Shown here in pieces: positions 1-10,707 of a DNA stretch of 64,000 nucleotides. The DNA comes from Candidatus Hydrothermarchaeum profundi. Lineage in GTDB: Archaea > Hydrothermarchaeota > Hydrothermarchaeia > Hydrothermarchaeales > Hydrothermarchaeaceae. The notes under the pieces were generated by a model. That model searched no databases. It worked only from the letters and a program-made list of their open reading frames with translations, and had not been told where the DNA came from. The position numbers were made by a program, and so were the translations under genes. Numbering within the stretch: the stretch's first letter is position 1; each line of letters opens with the position of its first letter. The stretch spans positions 1,064,989 through 1,128,988 of the forward strand of contig MTMF02000009.1 of assembly GCA_002011125.2 (NCBI GenBank), in the 5' to 3' direction.

Positions 1-274
1 GGCGAGAGTAGAGGGCATTGGCATTTTAGACAATGCAAAAAGAAGTTTCGTAGCTCCGGTAGAATCCAAAGTGGAAGCACCGGTGATAGAGAAAAAAGTT
101 GGGCAGATCATCTCGATTGGGAAGGACGCAGTCCAACTTATGGATTTAGAATCCTATGAAACTTTTGAACTTCCGAAACCTAGAGAAGATGAATTAGAAG
201 GCTCGCTTGTAGAAGGCGCTGAGGTGGAATATATACAAACTATGGGTAAGAGAAAAATAACGCGGGTTAGATAA
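1..274 (+). CDS. eif5a: Translation factor aIF5A (5'-partial)
   Basis: The frame is open from base 2 (ARVEGIGILDNAKRSFVAPVESKVEAPVIEKKVGQIISI...QLMDLESYETFE), matching the aIF5A C-terminal half. It lies next to agmatinase, as is common in archaea. Confidence 0.93.
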   Translation, partial: ARVEGIGILDNAKRSFVAPVESKVEAPVIEKKVGQIISIGKDAVQLMDLESYETFELPKPREDELEGSLVEGAEVEYIQTMGKRKITRVR

Positions 275-285
275 GGTGCGTTTTA

Positions 286-1167
286 TTGTTTACAGCTCCC
301 TTTACTTTTGGTAGGAGGGAACTCAGCCTAAAGGAGGCTAGGTATGCTGTAATTGGTATACCCTACGATAGTAGCCAGTCGTATAGGTCAGGCTCGAGAC
401 ATGCGCCAGCAGCTATTCGAGAGGCTTCAAGAGAAATAGAGGATTATGATATATTAAGTGATTTTAATTTGCATGACTTAAAAATATGTGACCTAGGAGA
501 TATAGATGTCTCGTTTGGGTACTTTGAAGAGACTGCGAGAGTGATAGAGGATACCATTAGAGATATTCTGAAACACGATGTTATTCCAGTATCTCTAGGT
601 GGCGAGCATACGATATCCTATGGGGTTATTCGAGCATTTGATAAAAAGCCTTTTTATGTCGTCTTAGATGCGCATTTAGATTTTAGAGATGAATATCTTA
701 ATAATAGGTTTTCACATGCATGCGTACTTAGGAGAATAGGCGAGTTAGTGGGTTTTAAAAATATGCTTGCAATCGGGGTTAGGAGTGGCTCGTTAGAAGA
801 GATAAATGGGGCTAAAGAAGCAGGTTTAAACTTCATAGATTTTAATGAATGCGAAAATTCCGATTCAGTTCTGGATAAGATTTCTGGCATAGTATCAGAT
901 AAAAATGTATATCTATCAATTGATATGGATGTTCTTGACCCTGTGGAGGCTAGAGGGGTGGGTAATCCTGAGCCTCTTGGTTTCTCCTATCGTGAATTGT
1001 TGGGATACCTTAGAGCATTAAGTAGTAGTTCTAGGTTAATTGGCGTGGACCTAGTGGAGATTTGTCCGCAGTATGATAGTTATACCCCTATATTGGGAGC
1101 AAAGCTTATTTTTAAAGTCTTGGAGGCGTTTGAACGTCAAAGCCAGCTTTCTTTAGGGAAGAAATAA
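286..1167 (+). CDS. speB: Agmatinase (ureohydrolase family)
   Basis: Mn-binding motifs GGEHTIS, DAHLD, SHA and SIDMDVLDP; TTG start. Confidence 0.92.
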   Translation: MFTAPFTFGRRELSLKEARYAVIGIPYDSSQSYRSGSRHAPAAIREASREIEDYDILSDFNLHDLKICDLGDIDVSFGYFEETARVIEDTIRDILKHDVIPVSLGGEHTISYGVIRAFDKKPFYVVLDAHLDFRDEYLNNRFSHACVLRRIGELVGFKNMLAIGVRSGSLEEINGAKEAGLNFIDFNECENSDSVLDKISGIVSDKNVYLSIDMDVLDPVEARGVGNPEPLGFSYRELLGYLRALSSSSRLIGVDLVEICPQYDSYTPILGAKLIFKVLEAFERQSQLSLGKK

Positions 1168-2323
1168 TTTTATCGGAATGTTCTTTCCCCCAAGTTTCAA
1201 CAAGTAACTCAATCCTTGCGTAGCCTACGGGTATGTCTAATCTAATTCTATCGTGATTCACAGTAACTACATTTGCCTTAAGTTTACTTATTAAGGATAA
1301 CATATTCTTTAGTTCTCCAGGTTCATCTTTCACAATAGTTCTTATGCTAAGGTACCTCCCCTCCTTTACGAGTCCCCTCTCTATTATCCTTGAAATCAGA
1401 TTAGTATCTATATTCCCTCCACTTAATATGATAGCTGTCTTTTTCCCACTACAGTTTATCTTTTGGTTTATGCACGCAGCTAATCCCGCTGCACCTGCAC
1501 CTTCTGCAATGAGTTTTGCTCGCTCTAATAATAGAAGAATTGCACCTGCGATCTCTTCTTCCGTGACCGTTACAATGCTGTCTACATATTTTTTAACGAA
1601 TTGAAAGGTTATCTTACCTGGAGTTTTAACTGCAATTCCGTCGGCTATTGTAGTTTCAGGCGGTATAGAACACATCTTACCCCTTTCTAGGCTCACTTTC
1701 ATTGATGGGGACTTCTCAGATTCCACTCCAATTATCTTGACCTCAGGATTTAGCTGTTTAATGGTGAAAGCAATCCCGGAAATCAAACCTCCTCCTCCGA
1801 CAGGTACCACTACTTGATGTACATCTGGAAGGGACTCTAATATTTCGAGACCTATTGTGCCGTGCCCTGCTATTATTTGCGGATCGTCAAATGCGTGTAT
1901 AAAAGTGTATCCTTTTTCTTTTTGTATCTCTGTAGCTCTATTATAAGCTTCTTCATATCCTCTACCATATAGTAGAACTTTAGCACCGTAATGCCTTGTA
2001 GCCAACACTTTTATTATCGGGGAAAACTCTGGCATTACTATAGTGGCTTTTACTCCCATAATTTTTGCAGCGTACGCTACTCCCTGTGCGTGGTTTCCTA
2101 AAGAGGCAGTAATCACTCCTACCTTCTTTGCATTTTCGGGTAGATTTGCTATTTTATTTAAAGCCCCTCGAATTTTGAAGGACCCGGTTTTTTGGAGGTT
2201 TTCTGTTTTAAGATAAATATCCCCACCGCATTTTTCAGTAAATGTTTTAGAGGGTTCTAATTTAGTTCGGTGTATCTTTCCTTCGAGTAACTTATTTGCT
2301 TCGTAGATATCCTCTAGTTTAAT
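1112..2323 (-). CDS. ilvA: Threonine ammonia-lyase with a single C-terminal ACT domain; probable ATT start
   Basis: The frame extends upstream of the track ORF (2116) to include KTENLQKTGSFKIRGA (PLP lysine). Also GNHAQG, PVGGGGL, SGGN and an ACT-like C-terminus. Confidence 0.9.
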   Translation of the reverse strand: MKLEDIYEANKLLEGKIHRTKLEPSKTFTEKCGGDIYLKTENLQKTGSFKIRGALNKIANLPENAKKVGVITASLGNHAQGVAYAAKIMGVKATIVMPEFSPIIKVLATRHYGAKVLLYGRGYEEAYNRATEIQKEKGYTFIHAFDDPQIIAGHGTIGLEILESLPDVHQVVVPVGGGGLISGIAFTIKQLNPEVKIIGVESEKSPSMKVSLERGKMCSIPPETTIADGIAVKTPGKITFQFVKKYVDSIVTVTEEEIAGAILLLLERAKLIAEGAGAAGLAACINQKINCSGKKTAIILSGGNIDTNLISRIIERGLVKEGRYLSIRTIVKDEPGELKNMLSLISKLKANVVTVNHDRIRLDIPVGYARIELLVETWGKEHSDKIISSLKKAGFDVQTPPRL

Positions 2324-2367
2324 GCTAATCCCCTTCTAAAGTATTATAAAAAGGTATATAAAATAGT

Positions 2368-2649
2368 GTGGGAGAAGGAGTAAGAGTGACGGAAGTACTA
2401 GATGCATTGAAAATAGTAATAGGAATGGCGATACTCATATTAGGGCTATTGATTTTCTTTGAGTCAGGAGTTTTTTTAGACGCTACTCTAGCTATATTGG
2501 AGGCGGGTTACAATCCGAATGCCTTAGAAAATGCAATGCTGTTTGGTAAGGTGCATACTTATTCGGTAGTCCTAATATGCATTGGTATATTAATAACGGC
2601 TGACGGACTTCTGAGACCTCTTATAAGAGAGTTCTCAAGGAGACAATAA
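2368..2649 (+). CDS. Small hypothetical membrane protein (2 TM)
   Basis: 93-aa ORF with two hydrophobic segments, filling the gap before srp54. Confidence 0.6.
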   Translation: MGEGVRVTEVLDALKIVIGMAILILGLLIFFESGVFLDATLAILEAGYNPNALENAMLFGKVHTYSVVLICIGILITADGLLRPLIREFSRRQ

Positions 2650-2689
2650 CCTTTTATTTTGGTAAATAGTACTTATCTTGAAGATTTAA

Positions 2690-4006
2690 ATGGTCTTAGA
2701 AAAATTAGGAGAAGCAATGACTGGGGTGGTTAGGAAGATATCCTTAGCCGCCTTAGTTGATGAAAGACTTGTAAAGGAGATAGTGAGAGATATACAAAGG
2801 GCTCTATTAAGCGCTGATGTTAATGTAAAGCTTGTAATGGAGCTTTCAAAGAAGATAGAAAGAAGAGCACTTAAAGAAAAACCCAAGCCTGGGCTTTCAA
2901 GAAAAGAACACACTCTAGCGATTCTCTATGAAGAGTTAGTTAACATTCTTGGACAGGGGCGGGAATGGAAGCCAGCACCGGGGAAGGTAATGCTTGTAGG
3001 ATTACAGGGCTCAGGAAAAACAACAACTACAGTAAAGCTTGCGCGATTTTATACGAAGTATGGTTTAAAGCCCTTTATTATCGCTGCAGATACTTATAGA
3101 CCTGCAGCATATGAGCAGATAATGCAGCTGGCTGAGCCACTGAATATAAAAGTATATGGAGACCCGAAAGCTAACGATCCCGTAGAAATCATAAAAAAAG
3201 GGCTAGAAAAACGAAAAGGTGACGTAGTAATAATTGATACGGCAGGGCGGCATAAGTCAGAAAAGGAACTTTTTGAAGAGATGAAGGCCATAGCAACCCT
3301 CGCAAAACCTGATGAGAAGCTCCTTGTGATAGACTCTACCATAGGGCAACAAGCTGGAGCACAGGCAAAGGCTTTTTCAGATGCTATAGGGATTACGGGG
3401 GTTATTTTAACAAAGTTAGATGGATCTGCGAAAGGAGGCGGAGCTCTCTCAGCCGTAGCTGAAACATCTTCTCCCGTAATGTTTGTTGGTACTGGAGAGA
3501 AAATCGAGGATTTTGAATTCTTCGATCCAAATAGGTTTATGTCTAGGCTTTTAGGTATGGGGGACTTAGCGAGTTTAATGGAAAAAGCGAGAGAGGTAGA
3601 AGAAGAGAAAGTCAGGGATATTTTGAAGGGAGAGTTCACACTAGTAGATCTTCAGTCTCAGATAGAGGCGATTAGAAAAATGGGTCCTCTTGGAAATCTC
3701 ATTAATATGATCCCCGGCATGGGTATGAGCATCCCTAAAGAAGCCCAGCGTGTGACTGAGGAAAAAATGAACAAGTTTTTAGTTATTATTAATTCTATGA
3801 CCAAAGAAGAGAAGTCTAAGCCAAAAATTATTGATTCTTCTAGAATAAGAAGAATAGCTAGAGGCTCAGGTACTAGACCAGAGGACGTTAAGGAATTGAT
3901 GAACTATTATAAGATGATGAAAAAAGCAATTAAGGGCTTCAAAAAAGGAGCTTTTGGAAGGAGGGTGCCAAGGGGTTTTGAAAAGATGTTAAAGACGTTA
4001 AGGTAG
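2690..4006 (+). CDS. srp54: Signal recognition particle protein SRP54
   Basis: GLQGSGKTTT, DTAGRH and TKLDGSAKGGGALS motifs; M domain with SRIRRIARGSG. Confidence 0.97.
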   Translation: MVLEKLGEAMTGVVRKISLAALVDERLVKEIVRDIQRALLSADVNVKLVMELSKKIERRALKEKPKPGLSRKEHTLAILYEELVNILGQGREWKPAPGKVMLVGLQGSGKTTTTVKLARFYTKYGLKPFIIAADTYRPAAYEQIMQLAEPLNIKVYGDPKANDPVEIIKKGLEKRKGDVVIIDTAGRHKSEKELFEEMKAIATLAKPDEKLLVIDSTIGQQAGAQAKAFSDAIGITGVILTKLDGSAKGGGALSAVAETSSPVMFVGTGEKIEDFEFFDPNRFMSRLLGMGDLASLMEKAREVEEEKVRDILKGEFTLVDLQSQIEAIRKMGPLGNLINMIPGMGMSIPKEAQRVTEEKMNKFLVIINSMTKEEKSKPKIIDSSRIRRIARGSGTRPEDVKELMNYYKMMKKAIKGFKKGAFGRRVPRGFEKMLKTLR

Positions 4007-4078
4007 AAAAAGAAAAATATATAAATATTGAAGAATAATCTTTTAAAAAATCGATTTCATTAGATTGGAGTAGGTCAC

Positions 4079-4378
4079 ATGGAAAGATCAAAAGGGTTTA
4101 GAAGTAAAACTAGGCATAAATTGAGGAAAAAACCTCGCGATAGAGGTAAGATACCTGTAACTAGGATGATTAGAGAATTTAACATCGGGGATAAAGTTCA
4201 TATAGTGATAGAGCCGAGTGTGCAAAAAGGGCAACCACATCCTAGGTTTCATGGAAAAACAGGAACTATAGTTGAAAAGAGAGGGAAATCTTACCTAGTT
4301 GAAGTATCTGATAACGATGCAAAAAAAATTGTTATTTCTGCTCCGGTACATCTCATCCCACAAGGTGGTAAAAAATGA
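4079..4378 (+). CDS. rpl21e: 50S ribosomal protein L21e
   Basis: SKGFRSKTR and GQPHPRFHGKTG signatures. Confidence 0.97.
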   Translation: MERSKGFRSKTRHKLRKKPRDRGKIPVTRMIREFNIGDKVHIVIEPSVQKGQPHPRFHGKTGTIVEKRGKSYLVEVSDNDAKKIVISAPVHLIPQGGKK

Positions 4379-4713
4379 TTGGGAAAAGGGTTGTAGAGGA
4401 GAGGCCTATTACGTTATCAGAAGCAAAGGCTCTCCTTGAAAAAAGAGCTGAAAGCGGTGGAGAGCTTAATTATGAACAGAAAACTAGTTTAGATTATCTG
4501 GCTAAGTTCTCTAAGCTCACTCCTGAACAATCAAGAAAAATAGTTGAGGATTTAGTGGCGAAGAGCGATAAAATTAAACCTGAAATTGCGGTAAAGATTG
4601 TAGACCTCCTGCCCAAAGATGAGGAAGACGTTAGAGCTATTTTTGCTAAGCAGAGATTTACTTTGACTAAGGAAGAGATTGAGGCTATCCTCGCTACTTT
4701 GCCAAAAGAGTAG
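4375..4713 (+). CDS. rpo4: RNA polymerase subunit Rpo4 (F)
   Basis: YEQKTSLDYLAKFSKL and AVKIVDLLP; conserved order rpl21e-rpoF-DUF655-ksgA. Confidence 0.93.
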   Translation: MIGKRVVEERPITLSEAKALLEKRAESGGELNYEQKTSLDYLAKFSKLTPEQSRKIVEDLVAKSDKIKPEIAVKIVDLLPKDEEDVRAIFAKQRFTLTKEEIEAILATLPKE

Positions 4714-4723
4714 GGCGAATTTT

Positions 4724-5314
4724 ATGGGCATGGAGGAATATGCTATCATTTTGGATTATAGGCCTCACGGTCATCCAGAAGACTCTAGGCCGATTTATAA
4801 GCGAGAGCCAATAGCGTATGCCATAGGGGAGGATTATCTCACTTTAATAGAGTTGGTTCCCAAGAGAGGAGTTGAGCTTAAACCCCATGAAAGGGTCTAT
4901 ATAGGAAAAGAGGGGAGGGATAAGATTGATTATATAAAAAGAAGGATTACTGCCGATGAACTCACTGCAGCCGCCAAAAGCGAGCTTCCTTATGCCGTTG
5001 AAACCATTGTAAGCAAGAAAGAGAAGAAATTTGTTGATTTTTTTAACTCAGCGGGCCCTATTTCAACAAGGCTTCATCGTCTGGAATTACTCCCAGGCAT
5101 TGGTAAGAAACTAATGTGGGAGATATTAGAAGAAAGAAAAAAGAAACCCTTTGAGTCGTTTGAAGATATATCTAGGAGGATAAAATCCCTTCCCGATCCG
5201 AAAAAGTTGATAGTTAAGAGAATAGTTACCGAACTTGAGGATGAGGGTGAGAAACTAGGTAAACGAAAATATAAGTTATTTGTCTCTCCGCCTCCGGCGA
5301 GGAGAGAAAGGTGA
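4724..5314 (+). CDS. DUF655 family predicted RNA-binding protein
   Basis: EEYAIILDY and FFNSAGPISTRLHRLELLPGIGKK (HhH); conserved operon position. Start taken at ATG 4724 (4730 is possible). Confidence 0.9.
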   Translation: MGMEEYAIILDYRPHGHPEDSRPIYKREPIAYAIGEDYLTLIELVPKRGVELKPHERVYIGKEGRDKIDYIKRRITADELTAAAKSELPYAVETIVSKKEKKFVDFFNSAGPISTRLHRLELLPGIGKKLMWEILEERKKKPFESFEDISRRIKSLPDPKKLIVKRIVTELEDEGEKLGKRKYKLFVSPPPARRER

Positions 5315-6141
5315 ACTTGCTAGATGAAACAAAGCTACTTTTAAAGAAATACCATGTGCATTTAAAAGAACGTCTCGGACAGAATTTCATAGTTGATGAA
5401 GGAGCTGTAGAGAGGCAGATTCAGTATGCTAAGTTATGTAGGGATGATACAGTAATAGAATTTGGGGCAGGATTAGGGACGCTCACTAAAGTGCTTATTG
5501 AGAATTCTGGCAAAGTTATTGCAGTTGAAAAGGACTCCTTACTAGCAAAGATATTGAGGGACAGATTTACTCAGAAAAACCTAGAGGTTATAGAAGGAGA
5601 TGCTCTTAAAATAACTTGGCCCTCCTTTAACAAAACGGTTTCTAACATACCTTATAGCATCTCTTCTCCTCTGACTTTCAGAATATTAAAGAGCGATTTT
5701 GAGGTCGCAATACTGACATATCAGAAAGAGTTCGCTGAGAGATTAGTAGCTAAGCCTGGTACTCCAGATTATTCTCGACTTTCGATTGCAACGTACTATT
5801 ATGCAGACGCCGAGATTCTAGAAGTACTCCCTCCAAAATCTTTTTATCCTCCTCCTAAAGTAGACTCTGCAGTTGTAAAGCTAACTCCTAAAATAAAAAA
5901 GCCTTTTTCAGTTGATGAGGATTTCTTTCTTAATACGTTAAGGGGGCTTTTCGTGCATAAGAAAAAGACGGTAAAGAATGCTCTTTATCATTCTCGAGAG
6001 ATTTTTGGATTTAAGGACGGTAAAGAATGGAAAAAAATATTGAATACCTTTATTCCAGCATATTTATTGGAAAAGAGAGTTTTTATGCTTGATCCAGAGG
6101 AAGTGGCTGAGGTATGCAATATTTTAAAAGAAATGGTGTAA
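5311..6141 (+). CDS. rsmA: 16S rRNA m6,2A dimethyltransferase KsgA/RsmA
   Basis: LGQNF, EFGAGLGTLT, SNIPYSISS, QKEFAERL and FYPPPKVDSAV. Confidence 0.95.
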   Translation: MNLLDETKLLLKKYHVHLKERLGQNFIVDEGAVERQIQYAKLCRDDTVIEFGAGLGTLTKVLIENSGKVIAVEKDSLLAKILRDRFTQKNLEVIEGDALKITWPSFNKTVSNIPYSISSPLTFRILKSDFEVAILTYQKEFAERLVAKPGTPDYSRLSIATYYYADAEILEVLPPKSFYPPPKVDSAVVKLTPKIKKPFSVDEDFFLNTLRGLFVHKKKTVKNALYHSREIFGFKDGKEWKKILNTFIPAYLLEKRVFMLDPEEVAEVCNILKEMV

Positions 6142-6707
6142 CCTATAGGTTCAAGGTATTCCCGGAAGTTTATCCTCCAAGTGATGATTCCTTTTTACTG
6201 GCAGAGAATTTTGAAGTAAAAAGAAATATGTCAGTTCTAGATATGGGAACAGGATGCGGTATTCAGGGAATTGTGGCATCAAATGAAGGTGCGGCGGTTA
6301 CAGCTTGCGATTTGAATAAGAAGGCCCTCTACTGTGCAAAATATAATGCAGAGCTTAATGGGGTTGAAATAAAGCTTGTACTTAGCGATCTTTTTTCTTC
6401 GATTGAAGGGTTATTTGATGTCATACTTTTCAATCCTCCTTACTTAATATCCGATTCTCAGGAACCAACTGACTTACTTAAGAAGGCATGGGATGGAGGA
6501 GCTGGGGGCAGAGAAGTTATTGATAGGTTCTTATTTGAGGTAGAGGATTATTTGAGTAAAAATGGGAGAATTTTTTTAGTACAATCTTCTCTAAACGACC
6601 TTGCCAGAACTTTAAGTTTGATCAAAGAAAAGGGGTTTAATGCCACTGTAAAAGCTGAAAAAAAGCTTTTTTTCGAGAGACTTTACCTTTTAGACATCTT
6701 TAAATAG
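6114..6707 (+). CDS. HemK2/MTQ2-related methyltransferase
   Basis: VYPPSDDSFLL, LDMGTGCG, FNPPY and GGAGGREVIDRF. Confidence 0.9.
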   Translation: MQYFKRNGVTYRFKVFPEVYPPSDDSFLLAENFEVKRNMSVLDMGTGCGIQGIVASNEGAAVTACDLNKKALYCAKYNAELNGVEIKLVLSDLFSSIEGLFDVILFNPPYLISDSQEPTDLLKKAWDGGAGGREVIDRFLFEVEDYLSKNGRIFLVQSSLNDLARTLSLIKEKGFNATVKAEKKLFFERLYLLDIFK

Positions 6708-6759
6708 ATACAACTTATTATCAACCTTTTTCTAAAGTGAAAAAATTGAGTAGTAAAAA

Positions 6760-7527
6760 ATGGATAAAGAAACCTTTGACTTGATATACATGGAACTTAA
6801 TGACTCAAATATAACCACGTTAGCTGAAAAATATGGAGTAACTGAAGAAACACTTCAAGCAGTATTAAATTTAAAACTTGTAAGACAGAATAAGAGGCTC
6901 TATAGAGATGTTAAGAAAAATCCCGGGCATATACTAAGGCGTTGGAAGGAGGGTGCATCCCTACTAACTATATCTTCTGAGACCGGAGTTTCACCGGCAC
7001 TTACGGCGTTATATTTAATGAGGGAGATAGGATTTACAAAGAAGGAATCTAGGATGTACTTAAGAGATCCTGCGAGAATAAGAAACAACAGTAGGCTGAG
7101 ACAAGAGGTGAGTGAAGCAGTTGAAAAAGACTTTCTCTATTCGCCGCAAGCACATAAGTTGCAGATGGAGAGGGCGAAGCTTGGAGAAGAGATATTGGGA
7201 GAATGGCTAGCTGGGAACGGAGTCGTTTTCATAGAAAAGAATAATACAAATAAAAATCCTGATTTTCTTTTTGAGAATCCCTTTGTGTATAAGGGTAGAG
7301 AAACGTATTGGGCAGATAGCAAAGCAATTTTTGCAGATGAAAAGGAACATAAGAGGTATATATCCAAACAGTTTTCGAGTTATATAGAGTTGTTTGGTCC
7401 GGGAATAGTAGTCTACTGGTATGGCTTTGTAGATTCTATTCTTTTTCTACAACCTGAGATAGTAGTGATGGATTGTAAGTCGATCTCAAATCCTAAGATA
7501 GAAAAGCTCTTTGAAAAAATAAGATGA
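6760..7527 (+). CDS. C15orf41/CDIN1-like (TPD domain) PD-(D/E)xK nuclease-fold protein
   Basis: HTH-like N-terminus, then PDFLF...WADSKAIF...QFSSYIELFGPGIVVYWYGF, typical of the C15orf41 family. Confidence 0.8.
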   Translation: MDKETFDLIYMELNDSNITTLAEKYGVTEETLQAVLNLKLVRQNKRLYRDVKKNPGHILRRWKEGASLLTISSETGVSPALTALYLMREIGFTKKESRMYLRDPARIRNNSRLRQEVSEAVEKDFLYSPQAHKLQMERAKLGEEILGEWLAGNGVVFIEKNNTNKNPDFLFENPFVYKGRETYWADSKAIFADEKEHKRYISKQFSSYIELFGPGIVVYWYGFVDSILFLQPEIVVMDCKSISNPKIEKLFEKIR

Positions 7528-7913
7528 AAGTTTATACCATAGGTTACTCTGGAAAGAGTCTTGAGAATTTTATCAAGGAATTAAAGAGAGAAGGCATAGA
7601 CATGGTAGTAGATATCCGCGCTTTCCCTACGTCAAAATATGAATCATTCAAAAAGGAAAATCTTAAAGCTTTTTTACATAGTGAAAAAATAGGATACATA
7701 CATATTCCAGAATTAGGAGGATTTAGAAAACCCTCCTATGAAGAGTATACAAAGACTGAGGAATTCAAAGTAGGTTTAAGGAAATTAATGAAAATAGCAA
7801 GTTCTAGTAATGCTGTGATAATGTGTTTAGAGAAAAATCCAAAGTCATGTCACAGGCGTTTTATTTCTAGCAGTCTCGAGTCATTGGGAGTTGAAGTAGT
7901 TCACTTGGTTTGA
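7524..7913 (+). CDS. DUF488 family protein
   Basis: YTIGYS, VVDIRAFPTS, LGGFR and MCLEKNPKSCHRRFI. Confidence 0.88.
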   Translation: MKVYTIGYSGKSLENFIKELKREGIDMVVDIRAFPTSKYESFKKENLKAFLHSEKIGYIHIPELGGFRKPSYEEYTKTEEFKVGLRKLMKIASSSNAVIMCLEKNPKSCHRRFISSSLESLGVEVVHLV

Positions 7914-9028
7914 GAATTATGGATGAAGATATTTTTTATGATAGTCAGCTATTACTCAAAGCTATTGAGAGGGCAGATAGGATACACAGAGAGGTGCATG
8001 GTGACTATGTTACTCTAGAAAGAGCTCTTTTCCTCTCGTGGTGGTGCGATATAGGTGACTGCAGGTTTTGTTATATGTCAACTCAAAAACCAAGGCTGAA
8101 GGATCCTATTAAAGCAAGAAGAAAGCCTTGGAGTATTCTCGCAGAAGCAGAGCTTTGCAGTAGGATCGGGTGGAGAATAGAATTTTTATCAAGTGGTTAT
8201 GGCTCTTATGATGCCCCTGAAATTAAAGAGATAGCCGAAATGGTGGCTTTTGTTACTAGGAGGCCTGTCTGGCTTAATATAGGAGCCTTGAAAAAGGAAG
8301 AACTTGAAGTTTTTGGAGAAGAAATCTGCGGAGTTATAGGCTCAATTGAAACAATAAACGAGGAAATCCGCAGTAGAGTCTGCCCAAGTAAGCCTATACC
8401 GAGAATTATCGAAATGCTTGATGAGGCCAAGGATAAAGGATTAAAAACGGGTATAACGATCATCTTGGGGCTTGGAGAAACTATTGAGGATATTCCCCGG
8501 CTGATGGATTTCATATCTGATTTTAAGCTGGATAGAGTGACATATTACTCACTAAACCCTCATACAGGAACTATATTTGAGAATTCTCCATCTCCTGCTT
8601 CTCTTTATCAGGCAGGAGTCATTGCACTAACTAGAATAAATTTTCCGAAAATCGAGATCATTGGAGGCACTTGGGTAGACCAGCTTCCAAATATCGGCCC
8701 CATGCTTTTAGCTGGAGTCAATGGCCTGACTAAATATCCTTTATTTAATATATTTGGAAACAAATACGGTAAAAAGGTAGAGGAAGAAATAAAATTTGCT
8801 AACAGAAAAATAATCGGGACGTTTTCCGATATAGAGGTTTTAATGGGAAATAAAAAGCTTAATGAGAGTTCTGATCTATACCGGATGTTACCCGTTAAAG
8901 CTCCGAAAGTATCTAAGAGTGCCGTGGATAAAGTAAACTACTTTAGAGAGAGAATTGAGGATATGAAGGAAAACTATATAAAAGGAGTCCTCGGAAAGAC
9001 TTCAAGAAAGTCTACTAAAGTCTTTTAG
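7910..9028 (+). CDS. Radical SAM protein, biotin synthase-related archaeal family
   Basis: Variant motif CDIGDCRFC (CX4CX2C); [11 protein letters not shown]; YSLNPHTGT. Confidence 0.8.
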   Translation: MRIMDEDIFYDSQLLLKAIERADRIHREVHGDYVTLERALFLSWWCDIGDCRFCYMSTQKPRLKDPIKARRKPWSILAEAELCSRIGWRIEFLSSGYGSYDAPEIKEIAEMVAFVTRRPVWLNIGALKKEELEVFGEEICGVIGSIETINEEIRSRVCPSKPIPRIIEMLDEAKDKGLKTGITIILGLGETIEDIPRLMDFISDFKLDRVTYYSLNPHTGTIFENSPSPASLYQAGVIALTRINFPKIEIIGGTWVDQLPNIGPMLLAGVNGLTKYPLFNIFGNKYGKKVEEEIKFANRKIIGTFSDIEVLMGNKKLNESSDLYRMLPVKAPKVSKSAVDKVNYFRERIEDMKENYIKGVLGKTSRKSTKVF

Positions 9029-9048
9029 ACAAATACGGAGGTGGTACT

Positions 9049-10707
9049 TTGATACCAGCGCAAATGAGTGGTCAACCAATTTTGATCCTTAGAGAAGGGT
9101 CAGAGAGAACAAGAGGCAGAGATGCCCAGAGAATGAACATAACTGCGGCCCGCATAATAGCCGAGAGCGTGAAAACCACCCTTGGCCCTCGCGGGATGGA
9201 CAAAATGTTGGTTGATAGTATAGGTGACGTAGTGGTTACAAACGATGGCGTGACCATACTAAAGGAAATGGATGTTGAGCATCCTGCAGCAAAAATGATG
9301 GTGGAGGTTGCTAAAACCCAAGATGATGAGGTAGGTGATGGAACAACCTCGGCAGTTGTAATAGCTGGAGAGCTTCTTAAAAGAGCTGAAGCTCTAATAG
9401 ATCAAGAGATTCATCCGACAGTAGTTGCGGGGGGATATCGTCTCGCAGCTAGTAAGGCAACTGATATAATTAAGAAAATGGGGATCGATGTTTCTATTGA
9501 AGATGATGAGATCCTTAGACAAGTTGCTATGACTGCTATGACGGGTAAAGGAGCTGAGAAGGCTAAAGAATACTTAGCGGATTTAGTTGTCAAGGCAGTT
9601 AAAGCTGTAGCTGAAATTGAGGACGGGGAAATTTCTATTGACACAGATCATATAAAGATAGAGAAAAAAGTGGGAGGAGGAATAAAAGATACTGAGATTA
9701 TTCAAGGGATAGTTATCGATAAAGAGAGGGTTCATTCTTCTATGCCTCGCGTTGTTAAAAATGCTAAGATTCTACTTTTAAACACATCCCTTGAAGTAAA
9801 AAAAACAGAGTTTGATGCAAAGATACAGATCGCAGATCCAGAAAAGATGAAGGCCTTCTTAGATGAAGAGGAGCACATGTTAAGTAGCATGGTAAAACAG
9901 ATCAAAGACTCGGGCGCAGATGTAGTATTCTGTCAAAAGGGTATAGATGATCTAGCTCAGCATTACCTTGCTAAAGAGGGGATCTTTGCCGTTAGACGAG
10001 TAAAGAAGAGTGATATAGAGAAGCTTTCCAGAGCTACAGGTGCAGATATTATAACAAACTTAGAAGACCTCGAAGAAGAAAATCTTGGTTACGCTGGCGT
10101 TGTGGAAGAAGTGAAAATTAGCGACGATGAGATGGTGTTTGTTAGAGAGTGTAAAGATCCAAAGTCAGTGAGTATACTGGTAAGAGGGGGAACAGAACAC
10201 ATAGTTGATGAGTTGGAAAGGACCATTGAAGACTGTCTTGGGGTTGTACCTGCAGCTATATTGGATGGGAAAGTTTTAGCAGGTGGTGGTGCTCCAGAAA
10301 TTGAAATCGCTAAAGAATTAAGAACATATGCGAGGGCGATTGGAGGAAGAGAACAGCTTGCTATTGAGTCCTTCGCAGATTCTTTGGAGGTTATCCCAAG
10401 GTCGCTGGCGGAAAACGCAGGGCTAGATCCTATTGACATGCTCGTTAGTCTCAGGTCTAAACATGAGAAGAATGGTGAGAGATATGGCTTGGATGTCTAT
10501 AAGGGAGAGGTCAAAGATATGTTTAAAGAAGGTGTAATAGAACCCGTTCGAGTTAAGAAGCAAGCGATTGAAAGTGCAAGCGAGGCCGCTGTGATGATAC
10601 TCAGGATAGATGATGTCATACTGGCTTCTTCCTCCGACAAAGGTATGCCTTCTGGAGGAGCTGGCATGGGTGGCATGCCAGGAATGGGCGGAATGCCTCC
10701 AATGTAA
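9049..10707 (+). CDS. ths: Thermosome (group II chaperonin) subunit
   Basis: [25 protein letters not shown] and a GGM-rich tail; SD GGAGGTG before the TTG start. Confidence 0.97.
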   Translation: MIPAQMSGQPILILREGSERTRGRDAQRMNITAARIIAESVKTTLGPRGMDKMLVDSIGDVVVTNDGVTILKEMDVEHPAAKMMVEVAKTQDDEVGDGTTSAVVIAGELLKRAEALIDQEIHPTVVAGGYRLAASKATDIIKKMGIDVSIEDDEILRQVAMTAMTGKGAEKAKEYLADLVVKAVKAVAEIEDGEISIDTDHIKIEKKVGGGIKDTEIIQGIVIDKERVHSSMPRVVKNAKILLLNTSLEVKKTEFDAKIQIADPEKMKAFLDEEEHMLSSMVKQIKDSGADVVFCQKGIDDLAQHYLAKEGIFAVRRVKKSDIEKLSRATGADIITNLEDLEEENLGYAGVVEEVKISDDEMVFVRECKDPKSVSILVRGGTEHIVDELERTIEDCLGVVPAAILDGKVLAGGGAPEIEIAKELRTYARAIGGREQLAIESFADSLEVIPRSLAENAGLDPIDMLVSLRSKHEKNGERYGLDVYKGEVKDMFKEGVIEPVRVKKQAIESASEAAVMILRIDDVILASSSDKGMPSGGAGMGGMPGMGGMPPM

